Positions 40,508-53,061 are shown, counted from the first letter of the stretch. The stretch: 64,000 nt of DNA from Gemmatimonadota bacterium (GCA_965116475.1 OZ220691.1:3328001-3392000), one strand, 5' to 3'. Notes: generated from the letters alone by a model not told the origin. Numbers and translations: made by a program.

Positions 40508-41350
40508 ATGTCACCCCGACCCATCGCGACGGCGACGATCTCGTTCGGGCTCGTTTCGATCCCGTGCCAGCTCTATTCGTCCGCCGAGAACTCCCACAAG
40601 GTCCGCTTCAACTTCCTCTCGCCCGAGGGCACCCGCGTGAAGCAGCAGTACGTGGACGCCAAGACCGGAGAACCGGTCGAGCGCCGCGATCTCGTGAAGG
40701 GTTACCAGTTCGCGAAGGGCCAGTACGTGACGTTCAAGCCGGAGGAACTGAAGGCGTTGGAGGCGGAGGCGACGCAGGCGATCGAGATCGTCGAATTCGT
40801 CCCGGTGGACCAGGTCGAGCGGGCGTATATCGGTAAGACGTACTACCTCGGACCTGCGCGGGGAGGAGACAAGGCCTACCGTCTCCTCGGAGCCGCGATG
40901 AAGCAGACGGGCTGGGCCGCGCTCGCAAAGTACGCGGCGCGCGGCAAGCAGTATCTCGTTCTCGTGCGGCCGGTCGGAGATCACCTCGTGCTGGAACAAC
41001 TGCACTACGCGCACGAGGTGCGGGACATCGCCGACGTGCCGTCGGGAGAGGGCGAGGTCGCCGAAGCGGAACTCGGCCTCGCCGTGCAGCTGATCGAGCA
41101 GATCGCCTCGGAGAACTTCGATCCGTCGAGGTACGAGGATGAGGTCGGACAGCGCATGCTCGAGGCGGTCGAGCGGAAGGTCGCGGACGGCACGGAGATC
41201 ACCGCGCCCGTCGAGGAAGAGACGACGGCGCAGGTCATCGACCTCATGGCCGCGCTCCGGGCGAGCGTCGGCGGCGCCGGCGAGACGGAGGCCGGGAGCG
41301 GAGACCAGGCGGAGAGCGAGTCGGAGCAGAAAAAAGCCACAGGGTCATAG
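40508..41350 (+). CDS. ku: NHEJ Ku protein
   Basis: ISFGLVSIP, DLVKGY, YYLGP, VIDLMAALRASV. Confidence 0.95.
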   Translation: MSPRPIATATISFGLVSIPCQLYSSAENSHKVRFNFLSPEGTRVKQQYVDAKTGEPVERRDLVKGYQFAKGQYVTFKPEELKALEAEATQAIEIVEFVPVDQVERAYIGKTYYLGPARGGDKAYRLLGAAMKQTGWAALAKYAARGKQYLVLVRPVGDHLVLEQLHYAHEVRDIADVPSGEGEVAEAELGLAVQLIEQIASENFDPSRYEDEVGQRMLEAVERKVADGTEITAPVEEETTAQVIDLMAALRASVGGAGETEAGSGDQAESESEQKKATGS

Positions 41351-41359
41351 GAGAGTCCG

Positions 41360-43879
41360 ATGCGGGTTCGATCCGTCGCGCTGTTCGCGTCCATCCTGCT
41401 GTTGCCGGTGTGGCAGGGTTCCGGAAAGCCTCTGCCCCCCGCCCCGACCGTCGACGACCTCCGGACCGGCCTGCCGGACCGGGTCGCCGCCTTCGAAACG
41501 GTCGATGCGGAGACGCTGCGGGTGCCCGGGCTCGAGGCCGGCGTCGAGATCCTCAAGGACCTGTGGGGCGTGAGCCACATCTACGCGGAGACGGAGCACG
41601 ACCTCTTCTTCGCGCAGGGGTACAGCGCCGCGCGCGACCGGCTCTTCCAGTTCGAACTGTGGCGCCGCCAGGCCACCGGCACGGTCTCCGAGATCCTCGG
41701 TTCCCGTGAGCTGGAGCGCGACCGCGGCGCGCGGCTGTTCCGCTTCCGCGGCGACCTGGAAGCGGAACTGAACCACTATCACCCGCGCGGCGCCGACATC
41801 ATCCGGGCCTTCACGGACGGGATCAACGCGTACATCGCCGAGACCGGGCGCGATCCGGACCTGCTGCCCGTCGAGTTCGAGATGCTGGGGATCCGTCCGC
41901 AGCCATGGACGCCCGATGTCGTGATCTCCCGCCACCAGGGCCTGCTCATGAACATCGGGCAGGAACTCGATCTCGGGATCGCCGTCGCGGCGGTGGGCGC
42001 GGAAAAGGTGAAGGAGGTCTCCTACTTCCATCCGGGGGAGCCGGACATCGATCTCGACCCTGCGGTCGACGGGTCGCTTCTGCGGCGCGAGATCCTCGAC
42101 GTGTACCGGGCGTTCCGCGGACCCGTCCGGTTCCAGCCCGGGGACATCGATCCCCGCTTCCGCGCCACCGCGTCCGACGCGGAGGCCTTCGCCCTGCGGA
42201 CGCTCCGGGAGGAAGCCGAGGCCGAAGCGTACGAAGCGGAACGCCTCGAGGCGGAGCGGATGGGGACGGGCAGCAACAACTGGGTGGTGGCGGGGAGCCG
42301 CACGCTGAGCGGCCACGCGATCATGGCGAACGACCCGCACCGGGTGCAGGCGGCCCCCTCGCTGCGCTACCTGGTCCACCTCGTCGGACCGGGCTGGAAC
42401 GTGATCGGCGGGGGCGAGCCCGTCCTCCCCGGCATCTCGATCGGGCACAACGGGTACGGGGCGTGGGGACTCACCGTCTTCCAGACCGACGCGGAGGACC
42501 TCTACGTGTACCGCACCCACCCGGACGACCCGGACCGCTACTGGTATCAGGGCGACTGGGAGGCGATGCGGGTCATCGACGATGAGATTCCGGTCGAGGG
42601 GCGGGACCCGGAGCGGGTGCGGCACCGATACACGCGGCACGGACCCGTCGTGTACGAGGACCGCGCCAACGACCTGGCCTACGCGGTGCGCGCGGGGTGG
42701 ATGGAGATCGGCGGCGCCCCCTACCTCGCCAGCCTGCGCATGAACCAGGCGAAGACGTGGGAGGAATTCCGGGACGCCTGCAACTACTCGAACATCCCCG
42801 GCGAAAACATGGTGTGGGCCGACGTGGACGGGAACATCGGCTGGCAGTCCGTGGGGATCGCGCCCATCCGCCGCAACTGGTCGGGCCTCGTCCCCGTGCC
42901 GGGGGACGGCCGCTACGAGTGGGACGGCTACCTCGAGATCGTACACAAGCCGCACGTGTTCAACCCCGACAAGGGGTTCTGGTCGACGGCGAACCAGAAC
43001 CTCGTCCCGCCCGGCTACGAGCACCGCGACGCGGTGGGCTGGAGCTGGAGCGACCCCTTCCGGAGCGCGCGCATCGACGAAGTCCTCGCGACGGGAAAGC
43101 GGTTCACGATGGCGGAGATGATGCAGCTGGCGACGGACTACGTGTCGCTCCCCGCGCGCTCGCTGGTGCCGATGCTGCGCGGCGTCGATCTGCCCGCCGC
43201 GTCGGCGTCGGCGCGGGGCGAGCTGCTCGACTGGGATTTCGCGCTCGCCCCGGAGTCCCGCGAGGCCGCGATCTACGTGTCCTGGGAGCGCGAGCTGCAG
43301 CGGCAGATGGTGCCGCTCGCCGTGCCCGCCGAAGTCCGCGCGTCGCTGGGGCGCCTGTCGATGAAGAAGATCATCGACTGGCTCGGTTCCCCGCCCATGT
43401 GGTTCGCACCGCTCGGAGACGGGGATCCCGTGGCCGGCCGGGACGTCTTCCTCGCCCGCACCCTGGGCGACGCACTGGAGGGACTGGAGGATCGCTTCGG
43501 CGGCGACCCCTGGCGCTACGGCGACGTGCGCTTCAAGCACGCCCGGTTCCGGCACCCGCTGTCCGGGATCGTGAACGCCGAGATGCGGGCCCGCCTTGAG
43601 GTGGGGCCGCTCCCGCGCGGAGGCAACGGCTTCACCGTGAACCAGACGGGGGGCGGGGACAACCAGACGTCGGGCCCGTCCTTCCGGATCATCGCGGAGG
43701 CGGGGGACTGGGACACGGCCGTGTTCACGAACACGCCGGGGCAGGGCGGAGACCCGGACGATCCCATGTACCGCAACCTGTTCGAGGGCTGGGCGAAAGA
43801 CCGCTTCTTCCCGCTCTACTACTCCCGCGAGCGCGTGGAAGCCGCCGTCGCCGACCGCCTGATGCTGACGCCGAACTAG
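41360..43879 (+). CDS. Penicillin acylase family (Ntn hydrolase)
   Basis: D.WGVSHIYA, DRLFQ, GSNNW beta-chain start, ANDPH, PGQ.G.P. Confidence 0.92.
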   Translation: MRVRSVALFASILLLPVWQGSGKPLPPAPTVDDLRTGLPDRVAAFETVDAETLRVPGLEAGVEILKDLWGVSHIYAETEHDLFFAQGYSAARDRLFQFELWRRQATGTVSEILGSRELERDRGARLFRFRGDLEAELNHYHPRGADIIRAFTDGINAYIAETGRDPDLLPVEFEMLGIRPQPWTPDVVISRHQGLLMNIGQELDLGIAVAAVGAEKVKEVSYFHPGEPDIDLDPAVDGSLLRREILDVYRAFRGPVRFQPGDIDPRFRATASDAEAFALRTLREEAEAEAYEAERLEAERMGTGSNNWVVAGSRTLSGHAIMANDPHRVQAAPSLRYLVHLVGPGWNVIGGGEPVLPGISIGHNGYGAWGLTVFQTDAEDLYVYRTHPDDPDRYWYQGDWEAMRVIDDEIPVEGRDPERVRHRYTRHGPVVYEDRANDLAYAVRAGWMEIGGAPYLASLRMNQAKTWEEFRDACNYSNIPGENMVWADVDGNIGWQSVGIAPIRRNWSGLVPVPGDGRYEWDGYLEIVHKPHVFNPDKGFWSTANQNLVPPGYEHRDAVGWSWSDPFRSARIDEVLATGKRFTMAEMMQLATDYVSLPARSLVPMLRGVDLPAASASARGELLDWDFALAPESREAAIYVSWERELQRQMVPLAVPAEVRASLGRLSMKKIIDWLGSPPMWFAPLGDGDPVAGRDVFLARTLGDALEGLEDRFGGDPWRYGDVRFKHARFRHPLSGIVNAEMRARLEVGPLPRGGNGFTVNQTGGGDNQTSGPSFRIIAEAGDWDTAVFTNTPGQGGDPDDPMYRNLFEGWAKDRFFPLYYSRERVEAAVADRLMLTPN

Positions 43880-44373
43880 GTCTGCTCGAGATAGAAGCCG
43901 ATGAGGCCCTGGTTCCGGGGTGGATCGGCGCCGAGCTGGCGGAGCATCGTCGTCACCTGACCTCGGTGGTAGGTCGCGTGGTTGACGACGTGCTGCAGCA
44001 TGTGCCAGAAGACGGCGCGCATCGGTTTGCCATCGAAGAACCGGTAGTCCATCACGCGGTGGATCTCCTCGGGACCGAGTTCCGCGACGAAGCGGCGGAC
44101 ACGCGCCTCCTCCTCCAGCCAGCGCGCGCGAATGTCGCCCGCCGTCTCGAAGCCGGCGGCGGGCAGATGCTCTGTCGGGAAGTGTCCCCGCCAGCGTGAA
44201 CACCAGACCCATTCGGCCGATACGACGTGGGCGAGCGTGTCGCGGATGGAGCCGAAGCTGCTCCCGAGGTCCCGGCGGAAGTCCTCGGGCGAGATGCGCT
44301 CGACGGCGTCCAGCGTGCCGTCGCGCGCCCAGTAGTGGAAGTCGAGCAGGACGATCAACGCATCGTAGGTCAT
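43876..44373 (-). CDS. DinB family protein
   Basis: [21 protein letters not shown]. Confidence 0.88.
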   Translation of the reverse strand: MTYDALIVLLDFHYWARDGTLDAVERISPEDFRRDLGSSFGSIRDTLAHVVSAEWVWCSRWRGHFPTEHLPAAGFETAGDIRARWLEEEARVRRFVAELGPEEIHRVMDYRFFDGKPMRAVFWHMLQHVVNHATYHRGQVTTMLRQLGADPPRNQGLIGFYLEQT

Positions 44374-44533
44374 GGTTGAGAGTCTACCTTCCGCCAGCGC
44401 CGGGCGCACGATCCCGGAAGTGCAGCCGGGAGTCCATCGCGCGTTTGCAGCGGCGGCGCCGCTCCGGCTAGGTTACAGGGCTGTTCCGCAGACGCCTCCG
44501 CCGGGAGGCAGACAACCAGCGTGTGGGGAAGAC

Positions 44534-44824
44534 ATGAAGGCAGGCATACATCCGGAGTACGCGCCCGCGAAGATCACCTGTGCGTGCGGCCGGGAAACGG
44601 AGACCGCCTCGACGGTGGGCGAGATCCACGTCGAAATCTGTTCGCACTGCCACCCCTTCTTCACGGGGCGGCAGAAGCTCGTCGACACGGCGGGTCGCGT
44701 GGAGCGGTTCATCGCCAAGTATGGCGACCGGAGGGCCGGCCGCGACAACGAGCAAACGGAGCAAAAAGCGGCGGAGGAGCAGGAAGCGGCGGCGGAGCAG
44801 GAAACGGTAGCGGCAGAGGCCTGA
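44534..44824 (+). CDS. rpmE: 50S ribosomal protein L31 (zinc-binding type) with acidic tail
   Basis: [32 protein letters not shown]. Confidence 0.96.
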   Translation: MKAGIHPEYAPAKITCACGRETETASTVGEIHVEICSHCHPFFTGRQKLVDTAGRVERFIAKYGDRRAGRDNEQTEQKAAEEQEAAAEQETVAAEA

Positions 44825-44851
44825 GCCGGAGGCGTCCGGCGCTCGACACGA

Positions 44852-45936
<1,085 letters not shown>

Positions 45937-45940
<4 letters not shown>

Positions 45941-46854
45941 TCGATCCGCCGCCGGGCGGGGCGGGGCGCCGCCCGGCGGGCCCGACGCGGCGGGAGATCG
46001 TGCAGGGCGTGCGGCGTGAACTCGAACTGGCCGGATTGGAGTCGCCGCGGGTCGAGGCCGAGCGCCTGGTGGCCGCGGCGCTCGCGCTGCCCGTGAGCGA
46101 ACTCGGCCTCGCCGGCGGGGAGCGGGTCGATCCGCCGGGCGCGGCCGCGGTAGCGCGCGCGGTGTCCCGCCGCCTCGAGGGGCAGCCGCTTCAGCACATT
46201 GAAGGCACGGTCGACTTCCGGCGCGTCCGCCTCGTGTCGGATGGCCGCGCTCTCATCCCGCGGCCCGAGACCGAGCAGCTGCTCGACCTCGTCGCCGCCT
46301 GGCACCGCGGCCGGGGCACGCCCGTCGACGCACTCGACATCGGCGTCGGATCGGGCGCCATCGCGATCGCGCTCCTCGACGAGGGCATCGCGGGCCGCGT
46401 CGTCGGGCTCGACGTATCGGAGGCCGCGCTCGACCAGGCCCGCGAGAACGCCGGGCGGGCGGGCGCCGAGGGGGTCGAACTCCGGCGCTGTCCGCCCGAC
46501 GTATGGTCCGCGCTCGAGACCGGCGAAGTTTTCGATCTCATCATCTCCAACCCGCCCTACGTCGCGACCCCGGAATGGACCGCCCTCGACCCCGTCGTCC
46601 GGGACCACGAGCCCCGCGCCGCGCTGGACGGAGGAGAAGACGGACTGGACGTGATTCGCACCGTCGTCTCCGGCGCCGCGGCCCGTCTCCGGAAAGGCGG
46701 CGCCCTCTTCCTCGAAATCGGCATGTCCCAGGGCCCGGCCGTCCTGGCGCTGCTTGAGGCCGAGCCGATCCTCACGGACTGCCGCGTGCGCGTCGACCTT
46801 GCCGGCCGGCCGCGATTCGCCTCGGCGCGGAGGGGGCGCTCCGACGAGCAGTAG
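45937..46854 (+). CDS. prmC: Release factor glutamine methyltransferase
   Basis: [19 protein letters not shown]; follows prfA with ATGA overlap. Confidence 0.95.
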
Positions 46855-47027
46855 CCCCCGGCCGTTCAAGTCGCGTGGGGGTCGAAGCCGGGTTATACTC
46901 GGGCGTCGAATCGTCGGCCCGGGCCCGCGGATGGCGAGCGGGAAGGGCACGGGATTCGAGCCTCCGCCCGCCGCCGGCCCGACGTGCCGGCCCGGGGTGC
47001 TTCCCGATTCCGTTTCGAGCCGGAGAC

Positions 47028-47396
47028 ATGGACGAGCGAGACCGCATGCTGGAGAGGGCGCAGGACCTGGGGCGCCTCATCTCCCAGTTGCCCGAATACG
47101 CCTACCTGCGGGCGGCCCGCCGCGAGATCGACGAGGACCGCGACGCGACGGAGTTGCTCAACCGGATGCGCGACTTGCAGAGCGCGCTCATGGAAGCGGT
47201 CGGCCGCGGCGAGCAGCCGAGCGAGGAGCAGGAACGGGAGTTCGCGGAACTGCAGGAGCAGGTCCAGACGAACACCCGCTACCAGGCCCTCATCTCTTCT
47301 CAGGCAAACTTCGAGAAGCTCATGGAACGGGTGGATCGAGCGATCGGGGAGGGAGTCCGGAAGGGCGAGGAAAGCAGGATCATCCTTCCGACATGA
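47028..47396 (+). CDS. YlbF/YmcA-like helical protein
   Basis: A.DLG..I...PEY, D..A..L, helical composition, 122 aa; GGAG RBS. Confidence 0.7.
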   Translation: MDERDRMLERAQDLGRLISQLPEYAYLRAARREIDEDRDATELLNRMRDLQSALMEAVGRGEQPSEEQEREFAELQEQVQTNTRYQALISSQANFEKLMERVDRAIGEGVRKGEESRIILPT

Positions 47397-48049
47397 GAGC
47401 GGCCCGCGACCTGGGGGAACGCGCGCTGCGCGCGATCTTCGAGCCGGCCATGGCGTGGCTCACGAGACGCCGCGTCCACCCCAACGTCATCAGCACGCTC
47501 GGTTTCGTCATCACCTGCAGTTCCGGCTACTTCTTTCATCAGCATCATGTGAGCACGGCCGGCTTCCTCGTCCTCCTCGGCGGCGTGTTCGACCTGTTCG
47601 ACGGCACGGTCGCGCGCCGCACGGGCCTGGCGTCGTCCTTCGGGGCCTTCTACGACTCGACGCTCGACCGGCTGTCCGAGATCGTCGTGTACCTGGGACT
47701 TCTTTCCCTGTACAACGACTACCGTCTCGAACTGGGCGACGTGGGGATGATCTACTGGATCGTGCTCGCGCTCGCCGGCTCGCTGATGATCAGCTATACC
47801 CGCGCCCGCGCCGAGGCGCTCGGCATCGCCTGCTACGTCGGACTCATGCAGCGTCCGGAACGGGTCATCCTGATCGGCTTCGCCGCGCTCATCTTCGGCG
47901 AGACAACCATGTTCGGACACCAGGGCCTCGTGCTCAGGGTCGTGATCATCGTCCTCGCGATTCTCACCAACCTGACCGCCTTCCAGCGGATCTGGTGGGT
48001 GTACCGGAATACGCGGCCCGACGGCGAGCCGCCCCCCCAGTCGAACTGA
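47393..48049 (+). CDS. CDP-alcohol phosphatidyltransferase (PIP-synthase-like)
   Basis: HPN, DLFDGTVAR...GAFYDSTLDR, ISYTRARAE, GLMQRPER; adjacent to ino1. Confidence 0.88.
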   Translation: MRAARDLGERALRAIFEPAMAWLTRRRVHPNVISTLGFVITCSSGYFFHQHHVSTAGFLVLLGGVFDLFDGTVARRTGLASSFGAFYDSTLDRLSEIVVYLGLLSLYNDYRLELGDVGMIYWIVLALAGSLMISYTRARAEALGIACYVGLMQRPERVILIGFAALIFGETTMFGHQGLVLRVVIIVLAILTNLTAFQRIWWVYRNTRPDGEPPPQSN

Positions 48050-48074
48050 ACCAGACACGGAGTGAACCGGCATC

Positions 48075-49388
<1,314 letters not shown>

Positions 49389-49397
<9 letters not shown>

Positions 49398-49424
49398 ATG
49401 TACGACTGAATGTACGACTGAATG
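49389..49424 (+). repeat. Perfect 12-bp tandem repeat x3 spanning the ino1 stop and tmk start
   Basis: TACGACTGAATG at 49389, 49401 and 49413. Confidence 0.97.
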
Positions 49425-50102
49425 AACGGGTGCTTTCTCGTATTCGAGGGACCGGAGGGGTCGGGGAAGTCGCTCCAGGTCGAGCGGCTGGCCGAACGGC
49501 TGTCCGCGGCCGGCGTGCCGCACACGGTGACGCGGGAGCCCGGCGGCACGGCGGCCGCGGAGGCGGTTCGGAGCGTGCTCCTCGACAGGCCCGAGTTGCG
49601 GCTCGATGGGATCGCCGAACTGCTGCTCTTTTCGGCGGCCCGCCGCGCCCACGTCGAGCAGGTAATCCGGCCTGCCCTGGAGCGCGGAGAGGTCGTCGTC
49701 TGCGACCGCTTCGAGCTTTCCACGCGGGTCTACCAGGGGTGCGCGCGCGGCGTCGCGGCGGAGACGATCGAACAGGTCACCCGCGCCGCGACGGGCGGTC
49801 TCCTTCCGGATCTGTATCTCGTACTCGATGTGCCGGTGGAAGTGGGTCTGGATCGCCAGGGGCAGGATCGGGAAGACCCCGGCCAGCTGGGCTTCTTCGG
49901 GCCCGCTCCCGATCGAATCGAGCTTGAGAAGCGATCGTTCCGCGAGCGCGTGCGGGAAGGGTATCGGGAACTGGCGGCCGCGGATGAAAGGATCGCGATC
50001 CTCGATGGCTCGGGGATTCCGGATCGGGTCGAAGCCCGGATTCTGGCGCTCCTGCGGGAGAGGCTTCCGGACCGTTTTCGGGCGGCGAGCTTTCCTCGTT
50101 GA
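49422..50102 (+). CDS. tmk: Thymidylate kinase
   Basis: EGPEGSGKS, TREPGG, CDRF..ST..YQG, DRIE. Confidence 0.95.
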   Translation: MNGCFLVFEGPEGSGKSLQVERLAERLSAAGVPHTVTREPGGTAAAEAVRSVLLDRPELRLDGIAELLLFSAARRAHVEQVIRPALERGEVVVCDRFELSTRVYQGCARGVAAETIEQVTRAATGGLLPDLYLVLDVPVEVGLDRQGQDREDPGQLGFFGPAPDRIELEKRSFRERVREGYRELAAADERIAILDGSGIPDRVEARILALLRERLPDRFRAASFPR

Positions 50103-50170
50103 CGGCGCGGTGTGACATTGACGGTAGCGGCGGAGCGCCGCTCGAACGCGGCCCCGGATGACCCCGCGAT

Positions 50171-50200
50171 GACACGGGGAGGACACGGGGAGGACACGGG
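50171..50200 (+). repeat. 11-bp tandem repeat, about 2.7 copies, upstream of ctpA
   Basis: GACACGGGGAG GACACGGGGAG GACACGGG. Confidence 0.9.
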
Positions 50201-50219
50201 CCGCTACCACGGAGGATGC

Positions 50220-51890
50220 ATGAGAGTCGAGCGATCCTGGAGGACAGGAGTGCTGGTCGGCGCCATCGCCCTTGCGACGGGAGGCTGGCTGATAAACCAG
50301 AGCGGGGCCGCGAGCGGTGGGGAAAGCCGCCGACTCCTGGATGAGATCCACCGTCTGATCTCCGCCCGCTTCGTCGATGAGATCCCGCCGGAGGAGTTGT
50401 ACCGGATGGCGATCGACGGATTGCTCGAGAATCTGGGCGACCCGTACACCACGTTTCTCGAGCCCCGGGATTCCGAGGATCTTCGTCTCACGACGACGGG
50501 CAACTACGGAGGGCTCGGCGTCCGGATCGACGTGAAGGACGACTGGATCACGGTCGTCCAGGTGCTGCCGAACTCGCCGGCGCTCCGCGAGGGACTCGAG
50601 GTCGGCGACCGCATCATCGAGGTCGAGGGCGAGTCCGCCGAGGGCTGGTCGGTGGACAAGGCCGTCGACACCCTGCGCGGAGAGAAGGGGGCGCCGGTCA
50701 ACATCACGATCGCGAGGGTGGGCGTGGACCGGCCGCTCGCGATTCGGATCGTGCGCGACGTCATCCAGGTGGCGCAGGCGCAGGGCTTCGTCCTCGACGG
50801 CGACATCGGCTACGTGACGCTGCGCGGCTTCAGCCGCGAGGCGAAGGAGGAACTGGTCGCGACGCTGGACCGCCTCGTCGATGAGGGGGCCGGCGGATTG
50901 ATCCTCGACCTGCGGCGGAACCCCGGCGGCCTGCTGCCCGCGGGCATCGACGTCACGGACCTTTTCCTGGAGCGCGGCAAGTCCGTGGTCGAAACGCGCT
51001 CTCGCCTGGAAGAACAGAACTACCTGTTCCGCGCCTCCTCCGAGGACCGCTACGCAGATATTCCGATCGTCGTCGTCGTGGACGGCCTCAGCGCGAGCGC
51101 ATCCGAGATCGTGGCCGGCGCGCTGCAGGACCACGACCGCGCGGTCGTCGTGGGCACCACGACGTTCGGCAAGGGTTCCGTGCAGACGCTGTACGGCCTC
51201 TCCGGGAACAACAGCATGAAGGTCACGACGGCCCGCTGGTACACGCCGGCCGGCCGCTCCATCACGAAGGACTTCGACCGCGAGAGCGCGCTCCGCGACC
51301 TGGCGGCGAGCGCCGTGGCGATTTCGGGTGAACCGATCGCGACGCGGTCGGAGACGGAAGACCGGGAGGAGTTCACGACGGCGGGAGGCCGGACGGTGTA
51401 CGGCGGCGGCGGGATTACGCCGGACCTGATCGTCTACCGCGACACGCTCTCGACCGAGGAACAGGAGCTGCGGCGCCTCGCGACGCGCTCGGGGGCGATC
51501 CCGCGGAACGTCGTCTTCCGGTGGGCCGTCGAGTATTCGAACGAACACGATTTCAACGAGGGCTTCTCTGTCACGCGGGGGATGCGGGAAGGAGTCTGGA
51601 CCGCGCTCGTGGAGGCGGGAGCCGAGGTCGAGCGGGAACTCTTCGACCAGTCGCAGACCTATGTCGACTGGCTCATCGCGGATGAGCTGGCCGGCGCGGA
51701 GTTCGGGGAGGTGCCTCAGCTCCGCAGCCGGGCCGTGCGTGACGCCCAGATCCAGGTCGCCGTGGATCTTCTGAGGGAGGCGGACTCGCCGGAGGCGCTG
51801 CTTACGGTCGCGGCGCGCGCCGCCGAGGAGCGGAGTGCGGAGGGTACGCGGAGCGGGGAGCCCAGCGGGCCCAGCGGGGATCGCCAGTGA
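50220..51890 (+). CDS. ctpA: S41 carboxyl-terminal processing protease
   Basis: DPYT, GLGV PDZ domain, DLRRNPGG, SASASE, FGKGSVQ; GGAGG RBS. Confidence 0.92.
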   Translation: MRVERSWRTGVLVGAIALATGGWLINQSGAASGGESRRLLDEIHRLISARFVDEIPPEELYRMAIDGLLENLGDPYTTFLEPRDSEDLRLTTTGNYGGLGVRIDVKDDWITVVQVLPNSPALREGLEVGDRIIEVEGESAEGWSVDKAVDTLRGEKGAPVNITIARVGVDRPLAIRIVRDVIQVAQAQGFVLDGDIGYVTLRGFSREAKEELVATLDRLVDEGAGGLILDLRRNPGGLLPAGIDVTDLFLERGKSVVETRSRLEEQNYLFRASSEDRYADIPIVVVVDGLSASASEIVAGALQDHDRAVVVGTTTFGKGSVQTLYGLSGNNSMKVTTARWYTPAGRSITKDFDRESALRDLAASAVAISGEPIATRSETEDREEFTTAGGRTVYGGGGITPDLIVYRDTLSTEEQELRRLATRSGAIPRNVVFRWAVEYSNEHDFNEGFSVTRGMREGVWTALVEAGAEVERELFDQSQTYVDWLIADELAGAEFGEVPQLRSRAVRDAQIQVAVDLLREADSPEALLTVAARAAEERSAEGTRSGEPSGPSGDRQ

Positions 51891-51915
51891 TCCGACGATG
51901 CGAAGGAGACGAGCG

Positions 51916-52350
51916 ATGAGAGAGCACACGCGACGGTTGGCCGCGATTGCGACCACGATGGCTCTGATGGCGGCCATGGCGTGCGCCAGCAGCCCGCGCC
52001 CCGGAACGTACACCCGGCTCCTCATCACCGGCGGCGAGATTCGCGACGCCGGGTACCGGTCGGCCTACGAGGCGCTCACCCATCACCGGGAACTGATCAT
52101 CTTCGAAGACCGGATCGGCTTCAGGGGCGGCAACGACAGCTCCCGCCTGTTCGGGCGCCAGACGCAGGACTACTACGTGCCGCTGCTGGTTGTGGATGGC
52201 GACTTCAACCAGAATGACGCGGTCACCACGCTCCGCCGGATACCCGCGGAGGACATCGTGTCGATCCGGCTGTATCACCAGAGCATGGTCCCGCCCCGCT
52301 ATCGCCGGCCGGGCGCGGAGGGCGGGGTGATCGAGGTCAACACCCGCTAG
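51916..52350 (+). CDS. Small lipoprotein with TonB-receptor plug-like domain
   Basis: MAC lipobox; VVDG...LRRIPAEDIVSI...RY....GGVIEVNTR. Confidence 0.6.
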   Translation: MREHTRRLAAIATTMALMAAMACASSPRPGTYTRLLITGGEIRDAGYRSAYEALTHHRELIIFEDRIGFRGGNDSSRLFGRQTQDYYVPLLVVDGDFNQNDAVTTLRRIPAEDIVSIRLYHQSMVPPRYRRPGAEGGVIEVNTR

Positions 52351-52371
52351 GGTCGTGGCGACCCCTCTGCC

Positions 52372-53061
52372 TTGAGCGTGGATGGTAAGCGTCCGAGACT
52401 CCTCGTCTTCGGCCGCCTGCCCGAGCCGGGATACGTCAAGACGCGCCTCCATCCCGAGCTGACCGGGGAGGGGAGCGCCGTTCTGTACGAGGCGTTCCTC
52501 GACGACGCCATGAAGCTCGCGCCCGACGGAGTCGCCGTGGAGTTGTGGGTCCCCGATCGTCCCGGAGCGAAGGCGCGGCTGGCCCCGCGATACCCGGCGG
52601 CTCGCGTCCGCCTTCAACCCGAAGGTTCGCTCGGCGACCGGCTCGACACGGCGTTCGCCCGCGCCTTCGGCGAGGGCGTCGGTTGCGCGGTTGCGCTCGG
52701 AAGCGACCACCCGACACTCCCGGCCGATTTCGTCGTGCGGGCCTTCGACGCGCTGGAGGGCAGTCCGGTGGCCCTTGGCCCGAGCCTGGACGGTGGCTAC
52801 TACGCGGTCGGACTGCGCGGGACGGCCTGGCCGCGGGCCCGCGATCTCTTCGCCGGAGCCCCCTGGTCGACGCCGACGCTGTTCGCGTGGACGCGCGCGC
52901 GCGCGGCGTCGCTGGGGCTCGATTGCGCGGAGCTGCCGCCCTGGTATGATGTGGACCGTCCGGCCGATCTGGTCCGCATGGCCGGCGATCTGACCGAAGG
53001 CAGCGCCACGGCCGGAGCGTGGGCCCGGCTCGCGCCGCCGGCCGCGGAGCCGAAGGCGTGA
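52372..53061 (+). CDS. DUF2064/TIGR04282 family glycosyltransferase-like protein
   Basis: P.PGYVKTRL, Q..GSLGDRL, GSDHP, LGPSLDGGYY, WST, DVD.PAD. Confidence 0.85.
   Translation: MSVDGKRPRLLVFGRLPEPGYVKTRLHPELTGEGSAVLYEAFLDDAMKLAPDGVAVELWVPDRPGAKARLAPRYPAARVRLQPEGSLGDRLDTAFARAFGEGVGCAVALGSDHPTLPADFVVRAFDALEGSPVALGPSLDGGYYAVGLRGTAWPRARDLFAGAPWSTPTLFAWTRARAASLGLDCAELPPWYDVDRPADLVRMAGDLTEGSATAGAWARLAPPAAEPKA

Noticed and set aside
46931..46966. tRNA-like 3' end on the minus strand (GGCTCGAATCCC...CGCCA)
   Set aside because: T-loop lacks TTC, the distance to CCA is too long, no cloverleaf forms and no integrase is nearby.
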